Positions 37,501-49,503 of a DNA stretch of 64,000 bases are shown piece by piece; the first letter of the stretch is position 1, and each line of letters begins with the position of its first letter. The stretch is from Felis catus (Eukaryota): contig NC_058369.1 in NCBI RefSeq assembly GCF_018350175.1, forward strand, positions 17,424,001-17,488,000, in the 5' to 3' direction. The translations under genes were made by a program, and so were the position numbers. Under the pieces are notes generated by a model, which ran no database searches, had not been told where the DNA came from, and was given only the letters and a program-made list of their open reading frames with translations.

Positions 37501-38815
37501 AAAAACGAATGAAATCTTGTCATTTGCAATGAGATAGATGGAGTTAGAATGCATTTGGTAAGTTAGATAAGTCCATCAGAGAAAACAAATACTGTGTAAT
37601 TTCACTCATATGTGGAATTTAAGAAACAAAACAGATGAACATATGGGAAAGAGGGGGGGAAAAAACCACAAGAGACTCTTAATGATAGAGAACAAACTAC
37701 GGGTGGACAGAGGGAAGTGAGTGGGAGTTGGGATGGATGGGTGATGGGTACTAAGGAGAGCACCTATTATGATGAGCACTGGGTGTTGTATGTAAGTGAT
37801 GAATCACTGAATTTTACTCCGAAGCCAATACTGCACTGTATGTTAACTAGCTAAAATTTAAGTTAAAAAAAAAAAACAAAACTTCTGAGTTAACAAAGTA
37901 ACAAAGAGTAACTAGAGGCAAGTGTACAGAGGAGACACAGAAGTAAGAAGAATTAACTTTCTTGAACCTCAGGAAACATTTTATAATAGGTAAAAATAGT
38001 CTTAACAATACCCCACTTTTCTTCTGTGCCATTTTGCGACATTATGCTACAATGAACTCTACTACAATGGCATTTTTATCCCAGAGTTGTTAACTGACTA
38101 TACATTTGGTAATAGGGGGAAGAAAATGAAATACAAGTCAGTCTCTGACTTCAAGAGGATCTTGATCCAGTGAAAAGCATATATAGTAAAAAAATAATGT
38201 GGAAATGCAAAGAATTCACACATACACAAAACTCTTAAAGATAATAAATTCAGCAAGGTTTGAAAAACACCACATCAATAAACAAAAATCAGTTGTATTT
38301 CTATGCACTAGCAATTAGCAATCCAAAAATGAAATTAAGAAAACAGTTCAATTTACCACAGCATCAAAAAGAATAAAATGCTTAGCAATAAATGTAACCA
38401 AAGTGCAAGCCTTGTCCACTGAAATCTATAAAACATTACTGAGAGAAATTAAAGAAGACGTAAATAAATGGAAAGATATTCCATGTCCATGGATTGGAAG
38501 ACAACATTATTAAGATGGCAATTCACTCTAAGGTGATCTATAAATTTAATGCAGTCCCTGTCAAAATTCCAACTGTCTTTTATGCAGAAATAGACAAGCC
38601 GATCCTAAAATTCATACAGAAACGCATGGGATCCAGAATACCCAAAACAATCTTGAAAAGAACACAGCTGGAAGACTCACACCTCTTGATTTCAAAACAT
38701 ACTATAATGTCTACAGTAATCAGGACAGTGTGGTACTGACATAAGACATGTAAGTCAATGGAACAGAATTCAGAGTCCAGAAATAACCCCCCACATCTAA
38801 GGTCAGGAGATTTTC

Positions 38816-39039
38816 TTTTTTTTTTTTTTCTTTTTTTTTTCAACGTTTATTTATTTTTGGGACAGAGAGAGAGCATGAACGAGCGAGGGTCAGAGAGAGA
38901 GGAAGACACAGAATCGGAAGCAGGCTCTAGGCTCTGAGCCATCAGCCCAGAGCCCGACGCGGGGCTCGAACTCACGGACCGCGAGATCGTGACCTGGCTG
39001 AAGTCGGACGCTTAACCGACTGCACCACCCAGGCGCCCC
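38816..39039 (-). mobile_element. Young SINEC_Fc
   Basis: TSD AGGTCAGGAGATTTTC (38800-38815, 39040-39055). Confidence 0.95.
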
Positions 39040-39408
39040 AGGTCAGGAGATTTTCAAAATGAGTGCCAAGACAATTCAATGAGAAAGAAAAGTCTTTTCA
39101 ACAAACAGTACAAGAACAACTGGATATCCACACGCAAAAAAATTAAGAATTTGGGCCTCTCCCTTACATCATATATAAAAAATAACTCAAAATGCACCAA
39201 AAACCTAAATGTATCAACTAAAACTATAAAAGAAAAATAGGCAGAAATCTTTGTGATCTTACAGTAGGCAAGAGATCCTTAGTTGTGACACCTAAAGCAC
39301 AAGCAACCATGAAAGAAACAAATAAAATAGACTTCATCAAAATTAGAAAGTTTCTCTTTCTCTCCCTCTCTGAAAAATAAGTAAAACTAAAAATTAAAAA
39401 AAACTACA

Positions 39409-39651
39409 GGGGCGCCTGGGTGGCACAGTCGGTTAAGCGTCCGACTTTAGCCAGGTCACGATCTCGCGGTCCGTGAGTTCGAGCCCCGCGTCAGGCTCTG
39501 GGCTGATGGCTCGGAGCCTGGAGCCTGTTTCCGATTCTGTGTCTCCCTCTCTCTCTGCCCCTCCCCCGTTCATGCTCTGTCTCTCTCTGTCCCAAAAATA
39601 AATAAATGTTGAAAAAAATAAAAATAAAAATAAATTAAAAAATAAAAATTT
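39409..39651 (+). mobile_element. Young SINEC_Fc
   Basis: Diagnostic residues; TSD AAAAAAACTACA. Confidence 0.95.
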
Positions 39652-40017
39652 AAAAAAACTACAAAGTTTTATGCTTCAAAGGATACTATAAAAAAATGAA
39701 GAAAACCCACAGAATAGAGAACATATTTGCAAATCATGTATTTAATAAGGTACGTGTGTCTAGAATATAAAGAATTCTTATAATTCCAAAATAAAAACAA
39801 AGACCCTAACTCGAAATGGGCAAAGGACCTTAATACTTACTTCCTTAAAGGAGATCTACAAATAGGCAATAAGTACATCAGTCATCAGGGAAATCAAAAT
39901 CACAATGAGGTATCACTTCACACTCACTACGATGGAATCAAAAACATATAACAAATTGGTGGCTGCCAGAGGCAGAGGGGTGGTAGGTGGGAAAAATAGG
40001 TGAAGGGGGTCAAAAGG

Positions 40018-40018
<1 letters not shown>

Positions 40019-40054
<36 letters not shown>

Positions 40055-40099
40055 AGGAAGGAAGGAAGGAAGGAAGGAAGGAAGGAAGGAAGGAAGGAA
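40019..40099. repeat. (GAT)11(GGAA)12 compound microsatellite
   Basis: Perfect adjacent runs. Confidence 0.95.
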
Positions 40100-41989
40100 G
40101 ACAGGAAGAGGGGGACACTAATGAACAAGACTGGCCAGCGAGCAAAAAGTGACTAACAAATCTGGAGGAATCATTTCAAGTGCAAGCCTTAAAGAGTAAC
40201 TGAGAAATATTTTGAACAACCGTAAGCTATTAAAATTCAGACACTACCCAGCACCAAGTCAAGGATATTGGCTGTCATAGCCATTTTAAAACAGGCTTTT
40301 TTTTCTATTGACAGATTAAATCTGGATAGGTTAAACTGTCTCAGCGTAAAGACACATTAATGGATACGGTATGTAATAAAAAAAAAAAAAAACGTTTTTA
40401 ATTTTTTAAAGACCTATAATAGCCAAGTATTTGTGAGGATGTAGAAAAACTGGACCCCTCATATATTGCTAATGGGAACATAAAATGGTATGGCCACTAT
40501 AGAAAGCAGTCTGCAGTTCCTCAAAAGGTTAAATATAGAGTTACCATATGACCCAGTAATTCCACTCCTAGGTATATACCCAAGAGAAATAAAAACATAT
40601 GTCCACACAAAAACTTGTACATAAATGTTCATAGAGGCATTATCATAACAGCTAAAAAGTGGAAACAACCCACTGATGAAAGAACAAAACACCCATACAA
40701 TGGTGTATTACTCAGCCATAAAAAGGAACGACGTACTGATATGTACTACAATATAAATGAAGGATGAACCTTGAAAACACACTAATGAAAAAAGCCAGAC
40801 ACAGAAGGCCATATATTGTATGATTCCATTTATAGGTTACGTCCAGAATGGGCAAATCCATCAACAGAAATTAGACTTGTGACTGCCAGGGATGGAAGTG
40901 GGAGGAGGATGGGAAATGACTGCTTACGGGTTTGGGATCTCTTCTGGGGATGATGCAAATGTTCTAGAATCATATAGTGGTGATGGCTGCACAACACTGA
41001 ATACACCAAAAACCAAAGTGACTTGTATACTCTAACATGGTAAATTTTATGATGTGAATTATACCTTTTTTTTTAACCTAGAATAACATATGCCCAAAGA
41101 TATATATTGGTGAAAACACCGAAGAGGAATACTTGACCAGACTAAGAAAATGGTCAGAAAGGCTTTCTAAAGCTGATACCTGAGCTGATACCAAGGAAAA
41201 AAGTCTGTAAGTCTGTCTTACCCCATACCCTCTCCCTTTCCCACTCCTCCTTAAATTCAGAAATCATTTACCTATCATCCAAAGGAACATTTATATGCCC
41301 AATACAAACTATTTCAATGAAAATATGTTCTACCTATAAAAAAATGAACGAGGGTTCTTGAATTGTCCCAGTGTATTTCTATTCCTAACAGAGAAAATGA
41401 GTTAACCAAATGAACATCTGAATAAGAATTTCAGTTTAACAAAAACAGAGCTCAGAGAGAGGAGTCACTTTAGGAAGGAACATTTTTCTTAAGGGTCTCT
41501 AACCTCTACTCCCACTCACCACTATCCCCAATCTCCCTAAATGTTTCATTCTTTAAATTATATTCCCTAAGAGCTTTAAGTTTTTCCACAACAGTTTCAA
41601 CATGTATGGGGGGAAGGGGAGAGCTAATGAGATAAAAGGCATAACTATTTTACATGTGAATCATAAGTCAGAACCTATACTTTGTGATAATAAGCAATCA
41701 TATAGCCTAACTTCAATCAATAATCAATAACTACCATTAGAAATAACTAGCTGTGACTTCAGAGTTTAAGATGTGAAATATTTAATTATTATTTTGCACA
41801 CAAACTAGAGTAGAAACTGAGAACCAAAACCTTTGAAAACACTTAAGTAATAAAAGTCAGAAGCAAGGAGAAAATAAAGTTAAGTTTTGTCTCTAATTAC
41901 ATACTACTAGGAACTGATCATGGCACTCTCTAGGTGAACATTTTCTTAACTTATTCAAATCAAAATATAGAAAGAACATATCAAAATTA

Positions 41990-43300
41990 CAGATATAGGA
42001 AGGGTAACAAAGGCACAGGATAATAGAATCAGGATTCAAAAAGTCTCCTTTGGAACAATAGACAGAAATTGGACTTACAGAAAGAAAATACGTGTAAAAA
42101 AGTCCAACACAGAATCAGAAAGCCAACCAATCAAGAATGAAGATTTGGGGGGCACCTGGGTGGCTGTTGGTTAAGCATCCCACTTCAACTAAGGTCATGA
42201 TTTTGTGGCTGGTGAGTTCGAGCCCTGTGTCGGGCTCTGTGCTGAGAGCTCAGAACCTGGAGCCTGCTTCAGATCTTTGTCTCCCTCTCTCTGCCCCTTC
42301 CCCGCTCACACTCTCTCTCTCAAAAATAAACATTTTTTAGGGGTGCCTGGGTGGCTCAGTTGGTAAGTGTCCGACTTCGGCTCAGGTCATGATCTTGCGG
42401 TCCATGAGTTCAAGCCCTGCGTCGGGCTCTGTGCTGACAGCTCAGAGCCTGGAGTCTGTTTCAGATTCTGTGTCTCCCTCTCTCTCTGACCCTCCCCCAT
42501 TCATGCTCTGTCTCTCTCTGTCTCAAAAACAAATAAACATTAAAAAAAAATTTTTAAAACAAACATTTTTTAAAAATTTAAAAAAAAAAAAGAATGAAGA
42601 TTTGGGTTAACACAGCTCTAGAGAAAAAGACTTAGAGGTGAGCTTACTGACAAGTAAGTATAAGCTAACACTGAAAAGTGGATATTGAAAGAAAGAAAAC
42701 AATTATTTTACTTATTTTTTTTTAACGTTTACTTATTTTGAGAAAGAGAGAGTGCAAGTGGGAGAGGGGGCAGAGAGAAAGAGGGAGAGAGAGAGAATCC
42801 CAAGCAGGCTCCGTGCTGTCAGCACAGAGCGTGACGTGGGGCTCAATCCCACAAACTGTGCAATCACAACCTGAGCCAAAATCAAAGTCCAATGCTTAAC
42901 CAACTGAGCCACTCAGATGCCCTGAAAAAAATTATTTTAAGGCACCAATGATGAAAAAGTGGTAAGCTCCCCAAGGGAAGGGATCATTCTGAATTCCTTA
43001 ATCACTTCATTTCTAGGGCTTAACACAATACCTGGATCAGACCATACGATCTGTAGCATGTCCACAAGTCGATGCCCAACATAATAAAAGGTTTAGAAAG
43101 CACATTTCATAAGAGGTGGCTAGGGGAAAAAACTGTTTAGTCTGGGAAAAACTTAAGTGAGACAAAATAATTCCAGAAAAGGAATTATACTTGCTGTCAA
43201 CATTGTCAAAAGTTAAAAAAAAAATCTAAAAACCAGGAACTTCTTTAATTAAAAGGAGCAATCCCACCAAGAAGGGATAAAGGAGGACCTGTAGTTAAGA
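41990..43300 (+). mobile_element. CR1/L3 remnants with SINEs inserted (+42148-42338, +42340-42590, -42710-42923)
   Basis: GATAATAGAATCAGGATTCAAAA...GAAAAAGACTTAGAGGT; SINE TSD AAGAATGAAGATTTGGG. SINEs are clear, the L3 call is tentative. Confidence 0.55.
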
Positions 43301-43584
43301 TACTTGATAGGAAGAGTCTGCTTTGCATGGGATCAAGCATAGCACTAGGAGTGAGACTAGGTCATCAATTCCAGCTGCCGTCACTCACTTCCTGTTTGGC
43401 CAAGGGCAAATGACATCACCTCTCCACTTAAGCTAAAAAACAATAATTTAAAATACCAATATTACAGGAGTATAATTTGAATTAGTTAACGATTGCAAAA
43501 TACTTGGGAAATTTACTTTATGTGATAACAAAAATTGCATTTTCCTATTTTACACATACACTACGGCTGAATAGTTAAATAAAT

Positions 43585-45270
43585 CTATTATAAATAACAA
43601 GAGCCAAGTTTCTCACTGTCAGAGAAAGAAGTTACAAAGAGGCAAGGAGAGGAATGCTAGAATAAACCTGTGGTACTGGACTAGAGTCAGAGAGACCAGT
43701 ATGAGTGCATGTTCACATTCATATCCAGACAGATATGGAAATAAACACAAATATGTATGTACACCTGGGCCAGTACACACACACGTATTTCCTAGCTCTG
43801 CCCTCTAGGATGGCCTAGAAGCAGTGACAGCTCAGCATTAGTGAGTACACCTAGTTCATTTAGAAACCAGATCCTCGTTTCTAAATATTTTCTTCCAATA
43901 AAAGAAACCAGGGCTCCTTGGAGAAATGGCCGATTCTAGGGCTGGGGCAGGGAAATACAAGATGAGACTGGAGCACCTTGCAGCATCAGGAAGTAAAAAG
44001 TGCTCCAAAAAAAAGAAAAGAGGAACATATCAAAAACACCTAAGTGTCAAATGGCCAAAGCCAGAAGAATGTGAGCAACAACATACAGTATTACAACCCA
44101 AAGAAAAAAATAAATATTCGTGAATCCATACTGATATAAATGAGTAACTAAATAAACCAGGGGCAGGGGTAGAAGGGAGTGTACAATCTTTCTTACAGAA
44201 GAATTCCAAATAATAAATGTAGAAGGAACGAGGGAAATAGAAAGTCACCACTACAATTACACACTAATTGCTGCTGCAGGCAAATTTCACTGATGAATGC
44301 TAAAATTAGTGGATGAAACTCAGATCTTTGTATAGCCTCAAACCTCCCCCAAAATAGTTATGAATCACTGTGGGTGATTTGAACTCAGACACAAATTCTT
44401 TGACACTCATTCCTTCAAGAGGTAGAGCTTCATTTCCTTCCCCCAGAAATGGGCTTGACTTGATGACTCATTTCTAGCTTCTAACAAATAAAGTAAGGAA
44501 ATGGAAAAACAGTCACTTTAGTGAAACCAAGAAGATACTACCTTAATCAAATTATCAGGTTAACATCAGTAATAAGTCACACTGATATCAGATATCCCCT
44601 GATATGCAATATGATGTGACAAGAAGGGCATACCATCTCTGGTATTCTTCCCCAAAATGCACAACTTCAGGCTAATCATGCGAAAATACCTGAAAACCCA
44701 ATTCAGGAACATTCTACAAATAACTGCTACTCTTCACAGGTGTCAAGGAGAGAAAGGCAAGGAGAAGCTAAGAAACTGTCACAGATTGTCAGAAACTAGG
44801 GAAATAAGACATCTAAATACAATGTGGTATCCTGGATCAGATCCTATAATAGAAAAAGAGCATCACTCTGGAAAAACAAGGGAAATGAGAGAAAAGCCTA
44901 TAATTTACTTCATAATATGGAACTAATACTCATTTCTCTTTTTTAAGTTTATTTTTATTTATTTTGAAAGAGAAATAGAGAGCAACTGGGGGAGGGGCAG
45001 AGAGAGAGAGACAAAATCCCAAGCAGGCTGTCAGTGCAGAGGCCAAGGTGGGGCTCAAACTCATGAACCATGAGATCATGACCTGAGCCGAAGTCAAGAG
45101 TCAGACCCTTAACAAAAATGAGCCACCCAGGCACCCCAACTAATATTGGTTTCTTAATTTTGATAAATGTATCATGGTTACATAAAATGTTAAAATTAAG
45201 GAAAGCTAGATGAAGTTTTGTACTATCTTTACAACTCTTCTGTAAACCTAAAGTTACTCAAAATAAAATA
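43585..45270 (+). mobile_element. L1MC3/4-type long 3' UTR (minus SINE inserted at ~44938-45137)
   Basis: GAGCCAAGTTTCTCACTGTCAGAGAAAGAAGTTACAAA, GGGCTCCTTGGAGAAATGGCCGATTCTAGGGCTGGGGCAGGGAAATACAAGATGAG, ACAACTCTTCTGTAAACCTAAAGTTACTCAAAATAAAA. Confidence 0.8.
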
Positions 45271-46210
45271 TTTTTTATTTTTTTAAATGTTTAAGTTTTT
45301 AGAGAGAAAGAGTGTGCATGCTACGTGAGCAGCAGAGGAACAGAGAGAAGGGGAGAGAGAATCCCAAACAGGCCCCGTGCTGTCATCACAGAGCCTGATT
45401 CGGGGATTAATCCCAAGAACCATGAAATGACCTGAGCTGAAATCAACAGTCAACACTTAATCCACTGAGCCACCCAGGCCTGCCTCAGTTTCCTTCTCAA
45501 ATGGACCAAATCAAATGAACCACCAAGATAACTTCCATTGGGTCAAAATGCTTCTCAAGATTTTCTTACATTTTGGGGCGCCTGGGTGGCGCAGTCGGTT
45601 AAGCGTCCGACTTCAGCCAGGTCACGATCTCGCGGTCCGTGAGTTTGAGCCCCGTGTCGGGCTCTGGGCTGATGGCTCAGAGCCTGGAGCCTGTTTCTGA
45701 TTCTGTGTCTCCCTCTCTCTCTGCCCCTCCCCCGTTCATGCTCTGTCTCTCTCTGTCCCAAAAATAAATAAACGTTGAAAAAAAAAAATTTAAGATTTTC
45801 TTACATTTTAAGGAAACATAAAACCTGCACATCAACTAACCATGCTTAATATTTAAAAAAAGAAGGAGGGGTGCCTGGGTGGCCCATTCAGTTAAATGTC
45901 TGACTTTGGCTCAGGTCATGATCCCTGCACTGGGCTCTGTGCTGACAGCTCACAACCTAGAGCCTGCTTCAGATTCTGTGTCTCCCTCTCTCTCTGCCCC
46001 TCACCTGCTAGCACTGGCTTGCTCGCTCTCTCTCTCTCTCCCTCTCTCTCAAATATAAACAAACATTTTTTTAAAAAATAATAGAAAAAAAAAAAGAATG
46101 GGGTACCTGGTTGGTTCAGTCAGTGGAGCATATACATGACTCTTGATCTCAAGGTCATGAGTTTGAGCCCCATGTTGGGGGCAGAGATTACTTAAAATAA
46201 TAATAATAAA
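45270..46210. mobile_element. SINE cluster (-45270-45480, +45575-45791, +45868-46095, +46100-46210)
   Basis: Heads and tails visible. Confidence 0.88.
45575..45791 (+). mobile_element. Young SINEC_Fc
   Basis: 18-bp TSD AAGATTTTCTTACATTTT. Confidence 0.95.
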
Positions 46211-46628
46211 AAAGGGGGGGGGAAAGAAGAGGAGGAGAAGAAGGAAGAGAAGGAGAAAGAGGAAGAGGACAATGGAGAAAAGCAATGCCTAAATTTGAAG
46301 TGTCAACCTCACAAATTTAAAGAGATAAAAGACGGATCGCCAAATTCAAAAACAAAATTGGGAAAAAGAACAAGACACTGAAATCAAAAAGAACTCACTC
46401 TCTCTGACTAAAGCTAACCCACTTAACCTGATGTAAGAAAGAGGTTCAAACCACACAAGTGCCCCTTCACACAGGGGAACACGTACTTCCATACATACCC
46501 CCAATCCATAACCGAAATAAATATCACAAGGCAGTATCTTTCCCAGCTCTCAAACCATTTCAAGCAAGCTTGGGAAACCTGTCCTACTCTCCCCTGAAAG
46601 CCAGAGTATGTAATTAAAAAAGTTTTCA

Positions 46629-46854
46629 GGGGCGCCTGGGTGGCGCAGTCGGTTAAGCGTCCGACTTCAGCCAGGTCACGACCTCGAGGTCCGTGAGTTC
46701 GAGCCCCGCGTCAGGCTCTGGGCTGATGGCTCAGAGCCTGGAGCCTGTTTCCGATTCTGTGTCTCCCTCTCTCTCTGCCCCTCCCCCGTTCATGCTCTGT
46801 CTCTCTCTGTCCCCAAAATAAAATAAAATAAAATAAAAAAACGTAAAAAAAAAT
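46629..46854 (+). mobile_element. Young SINEC_Fc
   Basis: TSD AAAAAAGTTTTCA. Confidence 0.95.
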
Positions 46855-47049
46855 AAAAAAGTTTTCATACCCTCAAAAAAACAAAAAGTAAAGATAGAGC
46901 TAAGCCACCTAGACATAATAAAATCCAGGTGCTTCCTTCACTGTCAAGCAAACAATGGAAAATGATGTTAACATGTAAGGTAAGGTTATTTGTAATTTTG
47001 AGAATTTTAACACAGATAAATATATGCTGAGATATGAAGAGAATAACTT

Positions 47050-47082
<33 letters not shown>

Positions 47083-47098
47083 CACACACACACACACA
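47050..47098. repeat. (AC)n, one interruption
   Basis: Direct reading. Confidence 0.95.
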
Positions 47099-47230
47099 AC
47101 TGAGACAAAGTGGGAAAACGTTTTTAGAATCTTCCCAGCACTGTCAAACATCAATATATGTGTTCACACAATTGGGAGAAGAAGGAAGACTCACTAGGTT
47201 TCAGTAATTTGATTAAAACATCCGCCTAAA

Positions 47231-47440
47231 GGGGCACCTGGGTGGCTCAGTCGGTTAAGCGGCCGACCTCGGCTCAGGTCATGATCTCGCGGTCCATGAG
47301 TTTGAGCCCCGGGTCAGGCTCTGTGCTGACCGCTCAGAGCCTGGAGCCTGTTTCAGATTCTGTGTCTCCCTCTCTCTGACCCTCCCCCATTCATGCTCTG
47401 TCTCTCTGTCTCAAAAATAAATAAACGTTAAAAAAATAAA
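47231..47440 (+). mobile_element. Can-SINE
   Basis: TSD ATCCGCCTAAA. Confidence 0.92.
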
Positions 47441-47970
47441 AATCCGCCTAAAAACATCCAGGGCCCTTAGTTCCCATTCTATAATCAACTGCCTTTTTAT
47501 TACTGATTTGGCTGCCCAGAAACAAAGGAGGTGCCAGTGGATAATTAATTCCAATTGTGTACATGGCACTTTATACTTTCCATGTAAATAAACTGGTATC
47601 TGGTTTATCAGTCTCTAGCGAGATTACTTTGCATGAATAAATTCTCAAGCACTTGAGTCACCCCAGTGTGAATCAAAAATTTCAAGTTTCTGAACTACTG
47701 GGGGGAGGGGAGGGCAGAGAGGGTCAGAGAGACCTTGATATGGATGCCACTTCTGATACTTAACTATCTGTGTGACTCCTTATTCCTGTCAGTCTCAATT
47801 TCCCCATCTGTAAATAAATACCTACTAGTGCCCGGAAGATAGCAAGTGCTCAAAAGGTGACAGCTTTATTATTTTTAAGCCAAATGTGAGAGGAAGACTA
47901 CCAGTGATAGAGAAACATTTCATTTGAAAAGTAGCCTGAACCATCAAACCGCTTCAAGTTTTGAAAGACA

Positions 47971-47971
<1 letters not shown>

Positions 47972-48001
<30 letters not shown>
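47972..48001. repeat. G30 homopolymer
   Basis: Direct reading. Confidence 0.9.
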
Positions 48002-48002
<1 letters not shown>

Positions 48003-48471
48003 ATGTGCCATCCCAGAGAGGTGTGAGAAGAGCAAAGTTAAAAAGTTGCAAGTACCGGCTGCCTTGTACAGTTCTCGCTTAGCAACTCCAATGTTGTCTA
48101 CCAAACACCCAGCCGGTAATAGTTAGAGCATGACAACTGTTCACTCTAAATCCATGTGCTCAGCTTGGATTCAGGACTGATTTATAAAAATAGCTGTTGC
48201 TGCTGCTCTTTGAATCTCTTTGAGCTGATGACTGGGCAGTGTTACCCTATAGGCCTAGAGCAGCTGTATTCCCTCACCACACCCATTTCTCTCCCTACCC
48301 GGCAGAGCTGACGGCACCCCCCCCCCCATCTCTGCAGCATACTATTCTCCCTCTTCCTGGGCTGAGTGAGCAAATTACAAGCACAAATATCCCCTGATGC
48401 AATGCCACAACCATCCCTGGGAAAGCGCAGTGGCAGTTGCCAAAAGCTCAGCAGCAGGGAAACGGGCGGGA

Positions 48472-48472
<1 letters not shown>

Positions 48473-48520
<48 letters not shown>
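48473..48520. repeat. (AC)24
   Basis: Perfect run. Confidence 0.97.
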
Positions 48521-48522
<2 letters not shown>

Positions 48523-49503
48523 AACACTGCAATGCTATGCAGCCAGGGAGAGGGAATCGAGAGGCCCTAGGGAGCAATACTGTAACCGAACCAGAGGAGG
48601 GAAAGGAGAAAGGGGGTTTCCAGAAGAAAGCTGGGTAACACTAACCTTCCCGAGAAGCACGTTTCACCCCAGGTTTGGGTCCTAAAACACAAAACGAGGC
48701 GTAATCACTGCCTCCTCCGAAAAGAAGTAAATGCATTTAATTTACACGTTCCTGTGTGGAAGCAAAAACCCCAACGTTCCCCCACGGGGTAATTTCACCA
48801 AAAAAGAGTTCAGGCAACACACCAGCGGAGAGCCTGGTCCAAGTGCTAAACCACCATCTCGGTTCGGGGTAACGTTTCCAACTGCCCCTTCCCGGTCCCA
48901 GTCCCAATCCTCCCATCCCCATACTTACTTCGCCTTCTCGCAGCCACACACTTAGTCCCCCAACCCAACGCTTAGTCTGCCCAGTGCCGGAGAGGACGCG
49001 CGCAGGGAGCCTAGGCTGGGGCCCGGTTCTCCAGACCGCCCCTCAGCCCCGCCCGTAACCCGGGACTGGGCACGCTCTCTAGCTCGCATCAGCTCCACCT
49101 CAACTGACCCCCACAAAGCCTCACGGAACGACCTCTGAGTTTTCCTACGTCCCCGAGCCCCACCCAGGGCCCCAGACCGCAGCCGACCCTCGCTCCCCGA
49201 GCGCAGCCCCATCCCGAGCCCGAGGCGTGCCGCTCAGCCCCACGCTCCAGACGCCCGAAGCCGGTCCTCTCAGCCCGCTCGGCCCCAAGGGGCCCCGGGA
49301 TCGCGCCCCGAAGCCTAGAAAGATCACGCCCTCAGGCCCCCTGCCCTCCCGCCCCCGCGTCCCGCAGGCCCGCGGCCACCGCCCTTCCCCGCCCCGGGCG
49401 GGCCTTGCGGGGTCCCGGGCAGCCGCAGAGAGCGGCTCGGGCAGCCCCCGGGAGAATGGAGAGGCCGCCCCTCCGATCGGGCCCCGCCTGTCGCCGCACC
49501 TAC

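Larger units (their letters stand above)
35085..37875 (+). mobile_element. 5'-truncated carnivore/felid L1 (ORF2 C-terminus + 3' UTR + A tail), with five SINEs inserted
   Basis: ORFs 36080-36334 and 36208-36489 translate to the L1 ORF2 C-terminus ([13 protein letters not shown]...[11 protein letters not shown]); carnivore-type 3' UTR GATGAGCACTGGGTGTTGTATGTAAGTGATGAATCACT. Confidence 0.93.
38190..41065 (+). mobile_element. L1MB-type LINE-1 (ORF2 3' half + 3' UTR), apparently inserted in a minus-strand L2 remnant
   Basis: ORF 38494-38739 is L1 ORF2-like (NIIKMAI...IYKFNAVPVKIP...ILKFI); same subfamily motifs as 12455-14345. Confidence 0.88.

Noticed and set aside
36564..37519. Repeat-spacer-like periodicity (CRISPR-like or satellite)
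   Set aside because: Eukaryotic DNA; the units are SINEs separated by target-site duplications.
39913..40145. Poly-His / poly-Ser / SFLP-repeat ORFs
   Set aside because: Translations of (GAT)n(GGAA)n.
12455..41065. Segmental duplication between 12.5-14.3 kb and 38.3-41.0 kb
   Set aside because: Similarity is confined to L1MB sequence, with different nested insertions and flanks, so they are independent copies.
16287..47660. Scattered AP-1 (TGAGTCA/TGACTCA) matches, e.g. ~16284, 18141, 30365, 47653
   Set aside because: A 7-mer occurs several times by chance in 64 kb; no clustering or other support.
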